From Eledone cirrhosa (taxonomy: Eukaryota), in contig OZ024748.1 in assembly GCA_964016885.1 (NCBI GenBank), positions 11,718,001 through 11,782,000 of the forward strand: 64,000 nucleotides of DNA. Reading direction: 5' to 3'. Each line of letters begins with the position of its first letter. Within the stretch, counting starts at the first letter, position 1. The notes below the pieces were generated by a model. That model was not told the origin of the DNA and made no database searches. It saw only the letters and a program-made list of their open reading frames with translations. Below are positions 1 through 13,600 of the stretch, one piece after another. A program made the translations under genes and the position numbers.

Positions 1-34
<34 letters not shown>

Positions 35-183
35 GCATAGCCACACAAATAAACATAGACACACACACAGACACAAAGACACACAAACATACACACACAC
101 AGAGACATACAAACAGACACATATAGACACACAAACACAAACATACAAACACACACGCACAGACACACAGACACACAACCATA

Positions 184-274
<91 letters not shown>

Positions 275-1050
275 TAGAATTTGAATTATGTTGGTGACTT
301 GTGATTAATCCGGTCCCCTGTCCAATTTGCCGGGTGAAGAAAGTGTTAAGGCAGCCAGGAGGATTAAAGATAAAAACTATCAAAAGTCGGAACAGTTTCT
401 CATAAATAAGCCAATAGTTAACCATAACAAGAGCGGAAACATACGCCTTCATCCAGAGTTATCTGCCCATTATACTGCACCTATTGCCTCCACAGGCTTA
501 CGGGTTCTGGAGTCAGATTTGATCCTTACAAAAGGAATATTTATTATAGTAAAACTAGTAATTTACGGTAGTATTTACAGAAAAACTAGTAGCCTTTGGA
601 GTATTTACAGACTGGTAGCTTGGTGTATTACAGTAAAATTAGTAGCCTGTGGTATTACAGTAAAACTAAACGTTTCTTGTATTACAGAAAACTAATGAAG
701 GGCGGTGGAATGACAGCAATCGGTAGAGCGTCGAAAAACATGCTTTACGGCATTTAATTACGTCTTTCTATCTTCTGAGATCTCAATGGTGGCCGGTAGA
801 AAGAGAGAGCGGTCGGTCAGGCCCCGGTATTTAACTGTGTTGTGTCCACTTATTAAATAGCAGAAGATTCTGGTGTTAAAATCTTAAAGACAATTTCTAT
901 AACAGCTCTATGACGTCATTCATTACAGCATAAGTAAAACGTAGAGCGCTCACATATACGTATACACACACATACAAACAAACTCGTGTGTGTGTGCGAG
1001 CGCGCGTGTGTTTATGTGTGTATGCGTATGTGTGCGCGCGTATATATATA

Positions 1051-1087
<37 letters not shown>

Positions 1088-1480
1088 GTGTGCGTGTGTG
1101 TATGTGCGTGTATATATGTGCGTGTGTGCATGTGTGTGAAGGAGAACAACAACAAAAATAAAAAGAAAGAAATAAAAGGGTGAAAAACAAGAATGAAGAT
1201 AAGGACAAGGGGATTCAAGGAAGACAAGAAGACAAGCAAATAAGTTTGTATTTTGAAAAGTTTGTATGGAAATTATTCCATATATTAAATATCTAAATAT
1301 TTAGCAACTAGAAAAAAGAAAACAGATTTTTACTTCTACAATCGTATGAGGTTATAAAGAAATATATAAAGCATTTAAATAGCAAGTGAATATATATAAA
1401 TATACATAAATATTTTTATATATGTATATTTATGTTCCTTGTATATTTTGATAAAACATTAAGACTGTTAGTTGTAAATC

Positions 1481-1951
1481 ATGAGTTCTCCCGTCACTCG
1501 ATCACAAACGCTAAACATAAATTTCAATCACGTTGAATTGCCCCAAAAATTTATCTATTCAGAGTACAGATATCCTCTTACCAGGAGCCGTGCCCGCGGT
1601 CTCATAGTCAATCACACTGAGCTGGTTTTTCCAGTGAAGAAAAAGAAACGCCCCAGAAAAAAATCACGAATGTCTACTAAAAATATATCACAATTTCGTT
1701 CTGATTATAAAAATCTATCATCGATTAGTTCGGCTGCCAAACTTAAGAAACGACCTAGCTACAATAATTTCGATGTGATAAAAAAGGAGAAATATTATCG
1801 ACAGAAACTTGAACAATTTGAAGAACCTAAAATATATCATTCTACATCATGGATTAGTTCTTTTATTGACGCCATACAGAGTTTACTTATAGATTCGCAG
1901 CTTCCTCCCAAGGATCCTTTTCTGGAAAATAAATATCACAGAAACCTCTAG
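1481..1951 (+). CDS. Intronless 156-aa basic ORF of unknown function (candidate orphan gene or terminal exon)
   Basis: Only long ATG-initiated ORF in non-repetitive sequence; aatcATG context; upstream TATATAAA motifs (~1363, ~1393); two internal P-x-TRS...NH-x-EL repeats; KKKKRPRKK NLS-like patch. No family recognised. Confidence 0.5.
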   Translation: MSSPVTRSQTLNINFNHVELPQKFIYSEYRYPLTRSRARGLIVNHTELVFPVKKKKRPRKKSRMSTKNISQFRSDYKNLSSISSAAKLKKRPSYNNFDVIKKEKYYRQKLEQFEEPKIYHSTSWISSFIDAIQSLLIDSQLPPKDPFLENKYHRNL

Positions 1952-2017
1952 AAAAAAAACTTTTTGTATTTAATTATTACTGTTCATATTTTTTTATATC
2001 TACATGTATGCATGTAA

Positions 2018-2340
2018 GAGGCGGCGAATTGGCAGAGTCGTTAGAGCGTCGGATAGAATACTTTACGGTTTCGTTCCGGCTCTCTGATCTCTGAGTTCAA
2101 ATCCCGCCGAGGTCAACTTTGCTTTTCATCCTTTCAAGGTCGATAAAAAAAGTACCAGTCTAGTACTGGGGTGGATTCTTCCTCTATATCTCTTTCTCAG
2201 TTTCTATTTTTCTCCGGACGAAATCTGCTGTACTCTGGTCTGGAGAGGGATGGGCTCTCCGCCAGGTTTAAAGGTGCCCAAGAAAGGCCGTATGTCAATA
2301 CGGCGCCCCAACAACTCTATCAGAAATTATGGGACCATAC
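2018..2340 (+). mobile_element. tRNA-derived SINE (family 1 variant) with an extended ~170 bp 3' segment
   Basis: A-box-like TGGCAGAGTCGTTAGAGC, B-box-like GAGTTCAAATCCC, central TTTCATCCTTTCAAGGTCGATAAAAAAAGTACCAG; the extension (GAAATCTGCTGTACTC...GCCGTATGTCAATACGG) recurs at ~5130-5250 and ~15580-15830. Confidence 0.75.
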
Positions 2341-2431
2341 AGTACATGTATGTATGTATGTGTGTATGTATGTATTTATATCAGTATTTATATCAGTATG
2401 TATGTATGTGTATGCATGTATTTATATCAGT

Positions 2432-2888
2432 AAAGGGCAAAGGAGCTCGTAAGAGTCAATGGTCATCCAAAATCACCGGGAGAGATGACCCCTTAGCCTT
2501 TGTCAAGGCAGAATTCTAGGAGAAGGAAAACTCTGATATAACACCTGCAACCCTGATGGTATCCAATGATGTTGACTTGTTCTTCTTTTTGGTAAATATC
2601 ATCTTGGTTAAGAGAGTGGGACTGGCTTTGTGCAGTGCCTTTGCTCACTATAAAAGCTTCACGGCACAGGCATTGCTTTATATCTGCAGATCTCTCTGCA
2701 CTTGTCGTTACATGGTACCATGGGCCCAGCACTATGTGTCAATAATTGTCACAAGTGTAGTGTTTGTACCAGAGTTTTCAAGTCGCTGGCTGGACTAAAA
2801 AGTCACACTCGTTCAGCGCATCGGTAGGGGTTCTCCTACATGGATAGAAAGTAGTGGCCGTACTCGAAAACGAGTTGGCAGCCACCAT
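2432..2888 (+). mobile_element. RTE-clade-derived non-autonomous element, copy 1
   Basis: Near-identical to four other copies in the window; encodes a C-terminal C2H2 remnant CSVCTRVFKSLAGLKSHTRSAHR*; RTE-like 3' hairpin GGCCGTACTCGAAAACGAGTTGGCAGCC followed by (GTAT)n. Confidence 0.75.
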
Positions 2889-2959
2889 ATCAGTATGTAT
2901 GTATTTATATCAATGTGTATGCATACATGTATGTATGTATGCATGCATGCATGTATGTA

Positions 2960-3250
2960 TTTCTGTTTTCATAATTTTATGAGTTTTTACCAATAGAGAG
3001 AGAGAGTCGGTTTTTCACATAGATACAAGACACTCATTGCAATTTAAACAACATCAACTAGGTAGATATGTAGGCATGTCTGCGTGCGTGCGTGTTTGTG
3101 CAGGTATGGATGTTATTGTATGTGTGGATGTGGGTGTTTTGAGTTATATGTGTACATGTGCATATGTTTTGTATCTGTACATGTGCACATGCAGTTATTA
3201 CATGCAAAGTTTTGAAATTTTTAAATATTTTTTACTGTTCCATTAATGGA
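2960..3250 (+). repeat. Dispersed ~280 bp repeat; second copy inverted at ~26900-27200
   Basis: Shared blocks TTTAAACAACAT-AACTAGGTAGATATGTA-GCATGTCTGC and GTTATTACATGCA...TCCATTAATGGA are present as reverse complement at 26900-27085. Confidence 0.6.
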
Positions 3251-3674
3251 TTGTACTTGTAATTTCCTAACTAGTCGTGTTCTTTCTGTTTCTGTGAAGC
3301 CCAGCTTCTCAAGATTTGTATTGAGGCAGTTACTGTATGTCTGCGTGTATGTATGTACTACGGGTGTATGTACTACTTATGTATATGTACATGTATGTGT
3401 TTATGTGTGTATGTATATATCTATGTACATAGGTATGTATGTGTGTGTGTGTGTGTGTAAGTGTAAGTATATGTATGTATATAAGTATAAATACATACAT
3501 ACATATCCAAACATTCAACACAGTTTTAAATAGACCATCTACAGCGTCTATATATTTCCAGTTTACATGGAACCCAGCCTGTCAAAATAATATATCTATC
3601 ATTTAATTATAGTCACCCACAGACCAACCGACCAACCAGTCGGCCATTTTCTTATTTTATAGCTTCTTCTTCCT

Positions 3675-3727
<53 letters not shown>

Positions 3728-4589
3728 TTCATCACCTCCTCTTCTTTCTCTTCTCTTCCTCATCTTTCTCTCCTTCATCCTCATAACCTCCTCTCCCTCT
3801 TTTTTCTTTCCTCTTCTCCTCATCTTTTTCCTCCTCTCTCTCTCTCTCATCTATCTTCTCTCATCTTCATCACCTACTCTTCTTTCTCTCCTCTTCCTCT
3901 TCTTCCTCTCCTACATTCTTCATCACCACCTCTCCCTCTTCTTCCTCTCCTTCCTCTTCATCACCTCCTCGCCCTCTTCTTTCTCTCCTCTTCTCCTCAT
4001 CTTTTTCCCTCAGCTATCTCCTCTCATCTTAAACTCCTCTCCCTCTTCTTCATCCCTTCTTTTTCCTCTCCTCTGCTTCCTCTCCTTCATCTATCTCATC
4101 TCTCTCTTCTACCTCACCTCTCTCTCTCTCTTCTTCCTCCTCTCCCTCATCTTTTCTTCTCCTCTCCCTCTTCCTCATCTTCCTCATCTTCCTCTCCCTC
4201 ATCTTTCTCTCCTTCATATATCTCTTCATATCTTCATCATCTCATCTTCCTCCCCACCCTTCTCTTCCACCTCTCCTATTCCTTTCTCCTCATCCTCCTC
4301 ATATTCCTTATCTCCCACCACCGCCACCACCACCACCACCACTACCACCACCAACACCACCACCACCACCACCAAATATGTAAATATAAGATAATAATGT
4401 TTCCCGCGCCGTATTTCATCATTTTTCTAATTTAGGAAGAAAAAGAAAAAGAAAAAGAAAAAGAAAAAGAAAAAGAAGAAAAACTGTTTACTATTTTAAG
4501 AAACTGTGATGGAATATCTTGTATTTGTGTTCATATTTTTGTCAGATATGTTATATATATATATATATGTATGTATAAAAATATCTGGC

Positions 4590-4621
<32 letters not shown>

Positions 4622-4651
4622 TGTATGTATGTATGTATGTATGTATGTATG

Positions 4652-5090
4652 TTTCTTTTTCTTTTAATTTCGAGTACATTTTTGACCGGCCACCTTCCTG
4701 GTGTCTAGGTTGTAAAAGAAAAGAAATTGTCATCCCTTGAATCGCAAGAATGTTTTTGCAAATTTTGAAGGTGTCAGCTATCGCAGCTATTTGTAGTTTA
4801 TGAATTAGGGAGCTGCGTTCTTTGTCCACAAATCCAAGTTCAGTTATACTTTGGTCCAAGCGGGTTGATATATAACTTGTAGCTCCAATAATGATGTGTA
4901 TGACGCTGAATGTGTATCTTGGATACTGGATCTGCAAACTCCTCATCAAAGGTCCGTAGATGTCCTCCTTCTCTTGTATTTTTCTTACAATGTTGACATC
5001 AAACAGACAGCTGATCTCTACAACAGAGCACGTTTTAAATGTGTGGTCCCAAACAACAATACCAGGCCGGTTGTGTTTTAATTTGGTGTA
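4652..5090 (-). pseudogene. 3' fragment of an RLE-type non-LTR retrotransposon (R4/Dong-like restriction-like endonuclease)
   Basis: Translation KHNRP(G/D)IVVWD...CSVVEISCLFDVNIVRKIQEKEDIYGPL...IIIGATSYI fits the HNRPDI...E...P.D...K..EK..Y..L...IIIGA.G pattern of RLE domains; a short 3' UTR runs into (TACA)n. Confidence 0.75.
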
Positions 5091-5630
5091 TGTATGTCTC
5101 TTTCTCATTTCATCTCTCTTTCACTTTCTATCTTTCTCTGGAAGAAATCTGCTGTACTCAGGCCTGGAGAGGAATGGGCTCCACCAGGCTTAAATGCCCA
5201 AGAACCGCTGTATGTCAATACGGCGCCTCTACGACTCTTATAGAGTTCCCTGCTCTTAGAACACTCGTATACAATCAATAATCTCCCATCACAATAAGCT
5301 AACTGAAGTAGTTGGCGTTAAACCCAACGAAACTTAAGTATCTGCATATGCTACTGCTGTAACTTATTATATATATATATATAAACGGAAAAAATGAAAC
5401 GAAATTTCATTTCCCACTCTTAGTACGGCTGTTACTTAAATATAAGTATGTACACGTACATACATATATGTATACAGACGTACAGTAGTATGTATATATA
5501 TATACATACATGCACACATATATATATGTACGTATGGATTCACCGAACATTTATTATATATTATATATATATATATATAAACAAGAAGTGAAAGTCAACA
5601 GGTTAAAATTAACTTCGTTTATTCATATTC

Positions 5631-5689
5631 GCTGTTATATATATTTCAGTGATAACCATTATTCAACAACTATGACCTCATCAGACAGC
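5631..5689 (-). ncRNA. Minimal type-I hammerhead ribozyme motif
   Basis: Minus strand: GCUGU-CUGAUGA-(stem II region)-GAAA-UAUAUA-UA-ACAGC; stem I GCUGU/ACAGC; palindromic stem III; followed by AATAAA and (TA)n. Confidence 0.7.
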
Positions 5690-5778
5690 TAGAACTTGAA
5701 CAGAAAAAAAGAAAAAAACATAATGATGGAACAAAGTTTTCATTTGATATGCCCAGTCCCGAAGTATGATGTTGTTTT

Positions 5779-6026
<248 letters not shown>

Positions 6027-6242
6027 ATTTAACATATATGTTGATTTAAAACTGCACTGATGAAAACACAAATATTATTGCATGATGATCTTTGTTTTTG
6101 AAATGCGCATAATAAAATACAAGGAACTCTTTTAACCATCTTTTGTTCTTATATATTATGTATACTCCAGTCCTACAAACTGTAGAGTGCTTCTTATCCG
6201 ATATCTGCATTGCTTTATTGTACTACAATAAAACTCGCCTCC

Positions 6243-6375
<133 letters not shown>

Positions 6376-6732
6376 ATTCATATATAAATATATAAAAACA
6401 TAGATGTGTGTATATCTTTGTGTGTACGTATGCATGTGTTTGTGCGTCCAGGCGTGTATGTAATGGTTTTAAATATCAATATTCACTTCACTTATCTGAA
6501 ATAAATATATTCTAATTAACAGATTATTCAACTATGTTATATTTTCCATTAAACCATTTAATAATTCAAATATTATTAATAATTTGATGTCAGCTAGTTG
6601 TTATAGGTGTTGTTGTTGTGTGTGAAGGCTTTCGTGTGTGTATTTGTATGTGTGTTTGTACATGTGTGTGTGTGTTTGTTATTACGTGGGCCTGTTGGCA
6701 TTTCTCTCTCTCTCTCTCTCTCTCCCCCTCTC

Positions 6733-6779
<47 letters not shown>

Positions 6780-7077
6780 CTATCTATTACTCTCTATCTC
6801 TCTATCTATGTATTTGTATCTGCATTTACAATTTTGTTTTCCTATAATCCTCAAATGATTTAACACGATTAATGTTATCAGCAAATTTCAATGTCTGAAA
6901 AGTTTTCAGCACGTGCACATAATATATATACACATACATACATATACATACATACATACATACATACGTACATACATACATACATACACACACATACATA
7001 CATACATACATACATACATACATACATAGATACATACATACATACATACATACATACATACATACATACATACATAC

Positions 7078-7484
7078 ATGGTGGCTGCCAACTCGTTTTC
7101 GAGTACGGCCACTACTTTATATCCATGTAGGAGAACCCCTACCGATGCGCTGAACGGGTGTGACTTTTTAGTCCAGCCAGCGACTTGAAAACTCTGGTAC
7201 AAACACTACACTTGTGACAATTATTGACACATAGTGCTGGACCCATGGTACCATGTGACGACAAGTGCAGAGAGATCTCCAGATATAAAGCAATGCCTGT
7301 GCCGTGAAGCTTTTATAGTGAGCAAAGGCACTGCACAAAGCCAGTCCCACTCTCTTAACCAAGATGATATTTACCAAAAAGAAGAACAAGTCAACATCAT
7401 TGGATACCATCAGGGTTGCAGGTGTTATATCAGAGTTATCCTTCTCCTAGAATTCTACCTTGATAAAGGTTAAGGGGTCATCTC
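7078..7484 (-). mobile_element. RTE-derived non-autonomous element, copy 2
   Basis: Reverse complement of 2432-2888; embedded in (TACA)n. Confidence 0.75.
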
Positions 7485-7505
7485 ATCCATACATACACAC
7501 ATACA

Positions 7506-7617
<112 letters not shown>

Positions 7618-7850
7618 TACATATATACATACAAACATGCATACAAATATGTGTGTATATACATACATGCATACACACACACACTACCCACATGTAAAAC
7701 GCATACGATCCACGTAGCCACACATAATTTACATCATATATGTGTGTGTGTATATATATACAGATATATGCACACATATGTGTGTACGTATACAATTATA
7801 ATAAAATACGAAGACTAGATTTCCATAATAACTTTCATTATGTAATTAAC

Positions 7851-7962
7851 CGTTCAAATCCCGCCGAGGTTAACTTTGCCCTTCATCCTTACGGGGTCGA
7901 TAAAATAAAGTACCAGTAATACACTGGGTAATTGGTGGCCTTGTGCCAAAAGTAGAAACAAT
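7851..7962 (+). mobile_element. 5'-truncated family 1 SINE with TSD
   Basis: B box onward; flanked by direct repeat ATTATGTAATTAAC (~7838 and ~7961). Confidence 0.8.
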
Positions 7963-8086
7963 TATGTAATTAACGGTAATACGTATTTCTGTTGTGTTAT
8001 TGTTACGTCATGATGCAATACTGATTGAAGTGAAACTAACAGCCCCAGCTCCCAATTAATCAACATTCTCTAACACAAGTAAACAT

Positions 8087-8185
<99 letters not shown>

Positions 8186-8199
8186 CAACCAGCCATGCT

Positions 8200-8925
8200 G
8201 GTAGAGGGTCTGACGCCATGATTTGCAGCAAAGAGTTACGGCGCTGTATGGTTTGAGTTCAAATCCCGCCTAGGTTAACTTTGCCTTTCATCCTAACGGG
8301 GTCGATAAAGTAAAGTACCAGTAATGCACTGGGATAATTGATGGCCTTGTGCCAAAAGTATTAGTCAATTATTGATGTCAATTATTAGTATACGACCCTT
8401 TAGAAATATTTTCATAAGATTTACGTACAAAGAAAAGAAAACAAGTTACTTATTTCTTGAAAACCTTATCACCCTTTGGTCTTTTTATGTGTGTTTCGTA
8501 AGAGGTGGTAGATTGGCAGAGTCGTTAGAGCGTCGGCCAAATGCTTTCTGGCATTTGTTCGGGCTCTTTACGTTCTGAGTTCAAATCCCACTGAGGTTAG
8601 ATTTGCTTTTCATCCTTACGGGGTAGATAAAATAAAGTACCAGTAACACACACAGGGGTTGATTTTATCGACATTTCCCTCCCCCAAAATCATTGGCCTG
8701 GTGCCTAAATCTGAAGCCATTATTATTACTAGTAGTAAAGGGCGGTGGATTGGCAGTATCGGTAGAGGGTCGGACGCCATGCTTTCCAGCATAGTTACGT
8801 CCCTTTACGATCTGAGTTCAAATCCCGCCGAGGTTGACTTTGCCTTTCATCCTTACGGGGTCGATAAAATAAAGTACCAGTAATGCACTGGGTATTTTCT
8901 GGCCTTGTGCCTAAAGTAGAAACAA
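8200..8925 (+). mobile_element. Cluster of three family 1 SINEs (~8200-8360, ~8501-8722, ~8740-8925)
   Basis: Each has a tRNA-like head, GAGTTCAAATCCC, TTTCATCCTTACGGGGTCGATAAAATAAAGTACCAG core and TGGCCTTGTGCC-AAAGTAGAAACAATTA-like tail. Confidence 0.8.
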
Positions 8926-9041
8926 TTATTATTACTAGTAGTAGTAGTAGTAGTAGTAGTATTTAGAAATGGCATAGTTGATTTATTTTTACATAATTTA
9001 CCAAGCATGAGGTTTCGATTTATTGAACCGGGGAGTCTCTC

Positions 9042-9117
<76 letters not shown>

Positions 9118-9305
9118 TCTCTCTATCTATCTATCTCTCTCTGATCGAAACTCAGTGGTTGGTAGAGTATAGACAAAGACATCTGATGGATAGCAACAGT
9201 AACCAAGATTACAAATCCACATGACTTGTTCTGCACCCTGACTCTGTGGTAGTGACTATATTAACAAGTGTCTATAACCCGGCTATATAATAAATTTGAC
9301 CATCA

Positions 9306-9392
<87 letters not shown>

Positions 9393-9443
9393 CTCTCTCC
9401 GCCTCTCTCTCTATATATAATGTGTTGTTTACTTGTTGCATGT

Positions 9444-9505
<62 letters not shown>

Positions 9506-9685
9506 ACATGCAACAAGTAAACAACACATTATATATAGAGAGAGAGGCGGAGAGAGAAAATGAAATAGAGAATGGGAGTGAGAGAGAGAGAGACTGTTGT
9601 GTTAAGACAGGGGAGACCACAAATGGGAGTACTCAATACATGGGGAGATGCAGTGTGGAATTTAGAGAAGGGTATATACCCTTCC

Positions 9686-9731
<46 letters not shown>

Positions 9732-9906
9732 GGAGAACATTTTTTTATATATATATATTTATTTATTTATTAAAATAACAGATTAAAGTTTAAGCAAAGA
9801 ATCGCTGCTTTCACCCTTAACGGGATCTATATATTTATCCTTATCGAGCCCTCTTTGGATTTTAGTCTTCAAATTTATTATTATTACTATATATATATAT
9901 ATATGA

Positions 9907-9939
<33 letters not shown>

Positions 9940-9959
9940 GTATATATATATATATGTCA

Positions 9960-10133
9960 ACTTTGGGAGCCCCTACATGGACACACTAGAAGAGGAAGAC
10001 CAAGGTTAACGTATGTTGATGCCCTAAGGACAGACACTGGTCTGTTGGAGACGCAGGACATGGCAGCGATAATGAGGGACAGAGACCGCTGGAGAGAACT
10101 CGTCCATGGATCTCGGGAATTTTACCCGCCTTA
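9960..10133 (+). pseudogene. 3' end of an RTE-type LINE ORF inside (TA)n
   Basis: Translates [27 protein letters not shown]...[11 protein letters not shown], the typical RTE C-terminal G.R.RGRP...W...DR..WR motif; second copy at 45587-45825 (-). Confidence 0.75.
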
Positions 10134-10153
10134 GATATATATATATATAAATG

Positions 10154-10231
<78 letters not shown>

Positions 10232-10481
10232 TAAAAGGAAAAGAAAATGCTGACAAATTGTTCCCAGTGAAAAATAGTTTAATTAGGAATAAGTATAAAT
10301 TAGTAATAAGTATTGGTTAGTATTCAGTTTTAGTTTTAAGTTTTTACCGGTTGCGCATATAATTGGTGTGGGATGCTTAAAGCGTCCGTAAGCGGTAGGC
10401 CGTTTGAGCACTCGATGCCAGAGAAACGATTGTAATATGTCTAATAAATTTTATTCGCAACACTGATTCTCCGTTTCTTAT

Positions 10482-10544
<63 letters not shown>

Positions 10545-10769
10545 TGAGTATACACAGGCAGAGTGTATATAATAGAAGAAAAAAAGGAGGAAGTTTCGTT
10601 TACATATAAAAAATATTTGTGTATCGACGCACAGGATTGGCTCAAGGTAACCCATAGAAGTTATGGACCCGACTCCAGTATCGATCTGCTCGTCAGACAG
10701 GTGTGTAAAAAGTAAACGGAAACAACAAAGGAAGCAACACAGTACAATGAAGAAATATTATCAGTTTAA

Positions 10770-10870
10770 CGCCGAGGTTGACTTTGCCTTTCATCCTTAC
10801 GGGGTCGATAAAATAAAGTACCAGTAATGCACTGAGTAATTGCTGGCCTTGTGCCTAAAGTAGAAACAAT
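10770..10870 (+). mobile_element. 5'-truncated family 1 SINE with 15-bp TSD
   Basis: ATTATCAGTTTAACG at 10757-10771 and 10869-10883. Confidence 0.8.
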
Positions 10871-11260
10871 TATCAGTTTAACGTTTGATATAGTAGGAAA
10901 AGAGTCTTTAAGTTTCGGACATTAGACCTTCATCAGAAGATAGAGTTAGAAATAGAGAAGATCAATAGAAAGTAAAGAGTGATAAGAGGAAGGAAAAATG
11001 ATGAAAAAAACAAGTGCGTATTCAGTCGGCCATCTTATATATATATATTCTCGTTGTTGTGTATGTTCGACCACAGAGGATACATATGTGAACATTGAAT
11101 AGACAACAGACTATACATGTAATATATATTCTCGCTGCTAGTAGATATATGTTTTGCTATATGGTGAAGGTTTTCCGAGATTGATCAGCTTCTGGAAATT
11201 TCTACATCAATTCACTTGTCGAAACATCTTAATCTTGAAAGTATGGTTCTAATCTGGATA

Positions 11261-11336
<76 letters not shown>

Positions 11337-11372
11337 CTTCGCTCTTTCTCTTTTATCTTTCTCCCCCTCTCT

Positions 11373-11416
<44 letters not shown>

Positions 11417-11987
11417 AACCTATAAATGAAAAAGTACAAAACCACATACAATAAATCACACACTCTTATAAACATATATATGAACGCAAACATATGAGTA
11501 TGTATGAGTATTTGTGTGTGCATGTTATGTATGTGTGTATGACTGTCTGTGGATTTGAGTGTGTGTATGCATGTATGTTTGTGTGAGTGAATGTATGTGT
11601 ATGCGTGTGTGTTAATGTGTGTCTATGTATGTGTATTTGTGTGTGTATATGTTTTTGTTTAGGTGTGTGTGACTGTGTTTGTGGATATATGTGTGTGTTT
11701 GTGTCTGTGTTTGTGTTTGTGGGTGTGTGTGTATGTGTGTTTGTGTGTGCATGTATGTGTGTGTGTGTTAATGTGTTTGCTTATGTTTCTGTGTATGTAT
11801 ATGTGTGTACGTGCTTATTTTCTTATTTGTGTATACGCATGCGCCATTTCTATGTAGGAAGAGGTCACATGAAGTCAAAAAGTCGACTGATGGCCTCTTT
11901 CCTATATTGTATTATATATACTGTATATCATAGAAACGGGAAAAAAGGTTTCGGTTTTTTTAAAATGGTAGAATCTGTAGACTCTGT

Positions 11988-12077
<90 letters not shown>

Positions 12078-12320
12078 GAATTCAATAAATTATATCAGAC
12101 ATTTCCTTATATATTTGACAGGTGACAAGCTAATCACATAAACCCCATTGTCACCAGAATACCATAACAAAGTGAAATGAATGACTAGAATCCTAATTTC
12201 TGGGCAACATTCCGACATTCTATAATTCAATAACTTTGTTATTCACTACCATTGTTATTAAATTCCTAAAATGGTTGCATCTTATTAACATCAACACCAT
12301 ATTCTGTTATTAGTGTTCTT

Positions 12321-12361
<41 letters not shown>

Positions 12362-12436
12362 GTATATATGGTTAAAAAAAACGAGAAGTTATATCCGAAG
12401 TGTTGCTAGAGTTCCACAGTCCTTTGGACTGTGGAA

Positions 12437-12526
<90 letters not shown>

Positions 12527-12791
12527 ATCTATCTCTATCTCTGTGTATGTATATATAACTAATTATACCTAACTCGTCCTATCGACTGAATGGTCTTACT
12601 CTTCGATATTTCTACCAAACTTTTACTATAGTACACACATCAAGCGTTAACCTAATATGTCCCTTCCATATACTGTACCGATTGTGTTGTTATTTCTGTT
12701 TACCTTTTATATATAATTTATTAAAATACCAGATTAAAGTTTAAGCAAAGTATCGCTGCTTTCACCCTTAACGGGATCTTCTGAAACTAAC

Positions 12792-12885
12792 AAAGTCAAT
12801 CTGTGAACGCAGAAGTAAATATTTCGAAAAACGTTGCGACCGAAGGAAGACAGGAAGACGATACTTTGGTTCGTGGAAACGTTCC
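12792..12885 (-). CDS. Candidate internal coding exon (ERFHEPKYRLPVFLRSQRFSKYLLLRSQIDF)
   Basis: Strong polypyrimidine acceptor TTCGTTTTTTTCCGTTCTTTGCCAG, donor TTT|GTTAGT, 94 nt open (phase 2 to 0), unique sequence. Confidence 0.4.
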
Positions 12886-12929
12886 CTGGCAAAGAACGGA
12901 AAAAAACGAAGATAATACGTCATTATTTG

Positions 12930-13120
12930 GAGCGGTGAATTGGCAGTATCGGTAGAGGGTTGGACGCCATGCTTTCTAGCATAGTTACGTCCCTTTACAA
13001 TCTGAGTTCAAATCCCGCTGAGGTTAACTTTGCCTTTCATCCTTAAGGGGTCGATAAAATAAAGTACCAGTAATGTACTGGGTAATTGCTGGCCTTGTGC
13101 CTAAAGTAGAAACAATTATT
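12930..13120 (+). mobile_element. Family 1 SINE with TSD
   Basis: Direct repeat ATTATTTGGAGCGG at ~12923 and ~13116. Confidence 0.8.
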
Positions 13121-13278
13121 TGGAGCGGGGAAAACAATTACACGCAAAGACAAAACCACGTTTATGGTATAAATATATATATATATATGCAGAGGTTATA
13201 TTTAATTTGTTGGGATTCAACAAGCTTTAAAATGTTTATAACTGATATAAAGCACTCAACTGTTAGTGGAGTAAATAC

Positions 13279-13596
13279 ACAATATATTAATAAATGGAAA
13301 CTATATTTATAAAACCATATTTATTTTATTATACATATTTCAAGGGCAACCAAGGCAAATTATGGTGCGCTTTCATCAGATAAAATACAGATTTGTTTTA
13401 TAAATGAATATTCCTATCCAGGAAGCTCCAACCGTTAAGGTTGTCTTTTTTCCAGGTATGTCAATATTTATTTATAAAACAAATCTGTATTTTATCTGAT
13501 GAAAGCGCACCATAATTTGCCTTGGTTGCCCTTGAAATATGTATAATAAAATAAATATGGTTTTATAAATATACTTTCTATTTATTAATATATTGT
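13279..13596. mobile_element. Fold-back element (~135 bp arms, ~50 nt spacer) with a hammerhead on each strand
   Basis: Near-perfect inverted arms; hammerhead at 13488-13553 (+) and 13322-13387 (-). Confidence 0.8.
13488..13553 (+). ncRNA. Minimal type-I hammerhead ribozyme motif
   Basis: UAUUUUAU-CUGAUGA-AAGCGCACCA...UGGUUGCCCUU-GAAA-UAUGUA-UA-AUAAAAUA; 8-bp stem I, paired stem II, predicted cleavage after AUA. Confidence 0.8.
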
Positions 13597-13600
13597 ATAA

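Noticed and set aside
327-695. 122-aa ORF
   Set aside because: Non-ATG start; the 3' part is a degenerate ~28-bp tandem repeat; no recognisable motif.
2556-2798. Recurrent 80-aa MVSND ORF and antisense MLGPW ORF
   Set aside because: Recurrence is explained by the repeat copies; the meaningful frame is the RTE C2H2 remnant.
8740-8830. tRNA-like sequence
   Set aside because: A and B boxes only, no full cloverleaf, and continuous with SINE core and tail; a SINE head, not a tRNA gene.
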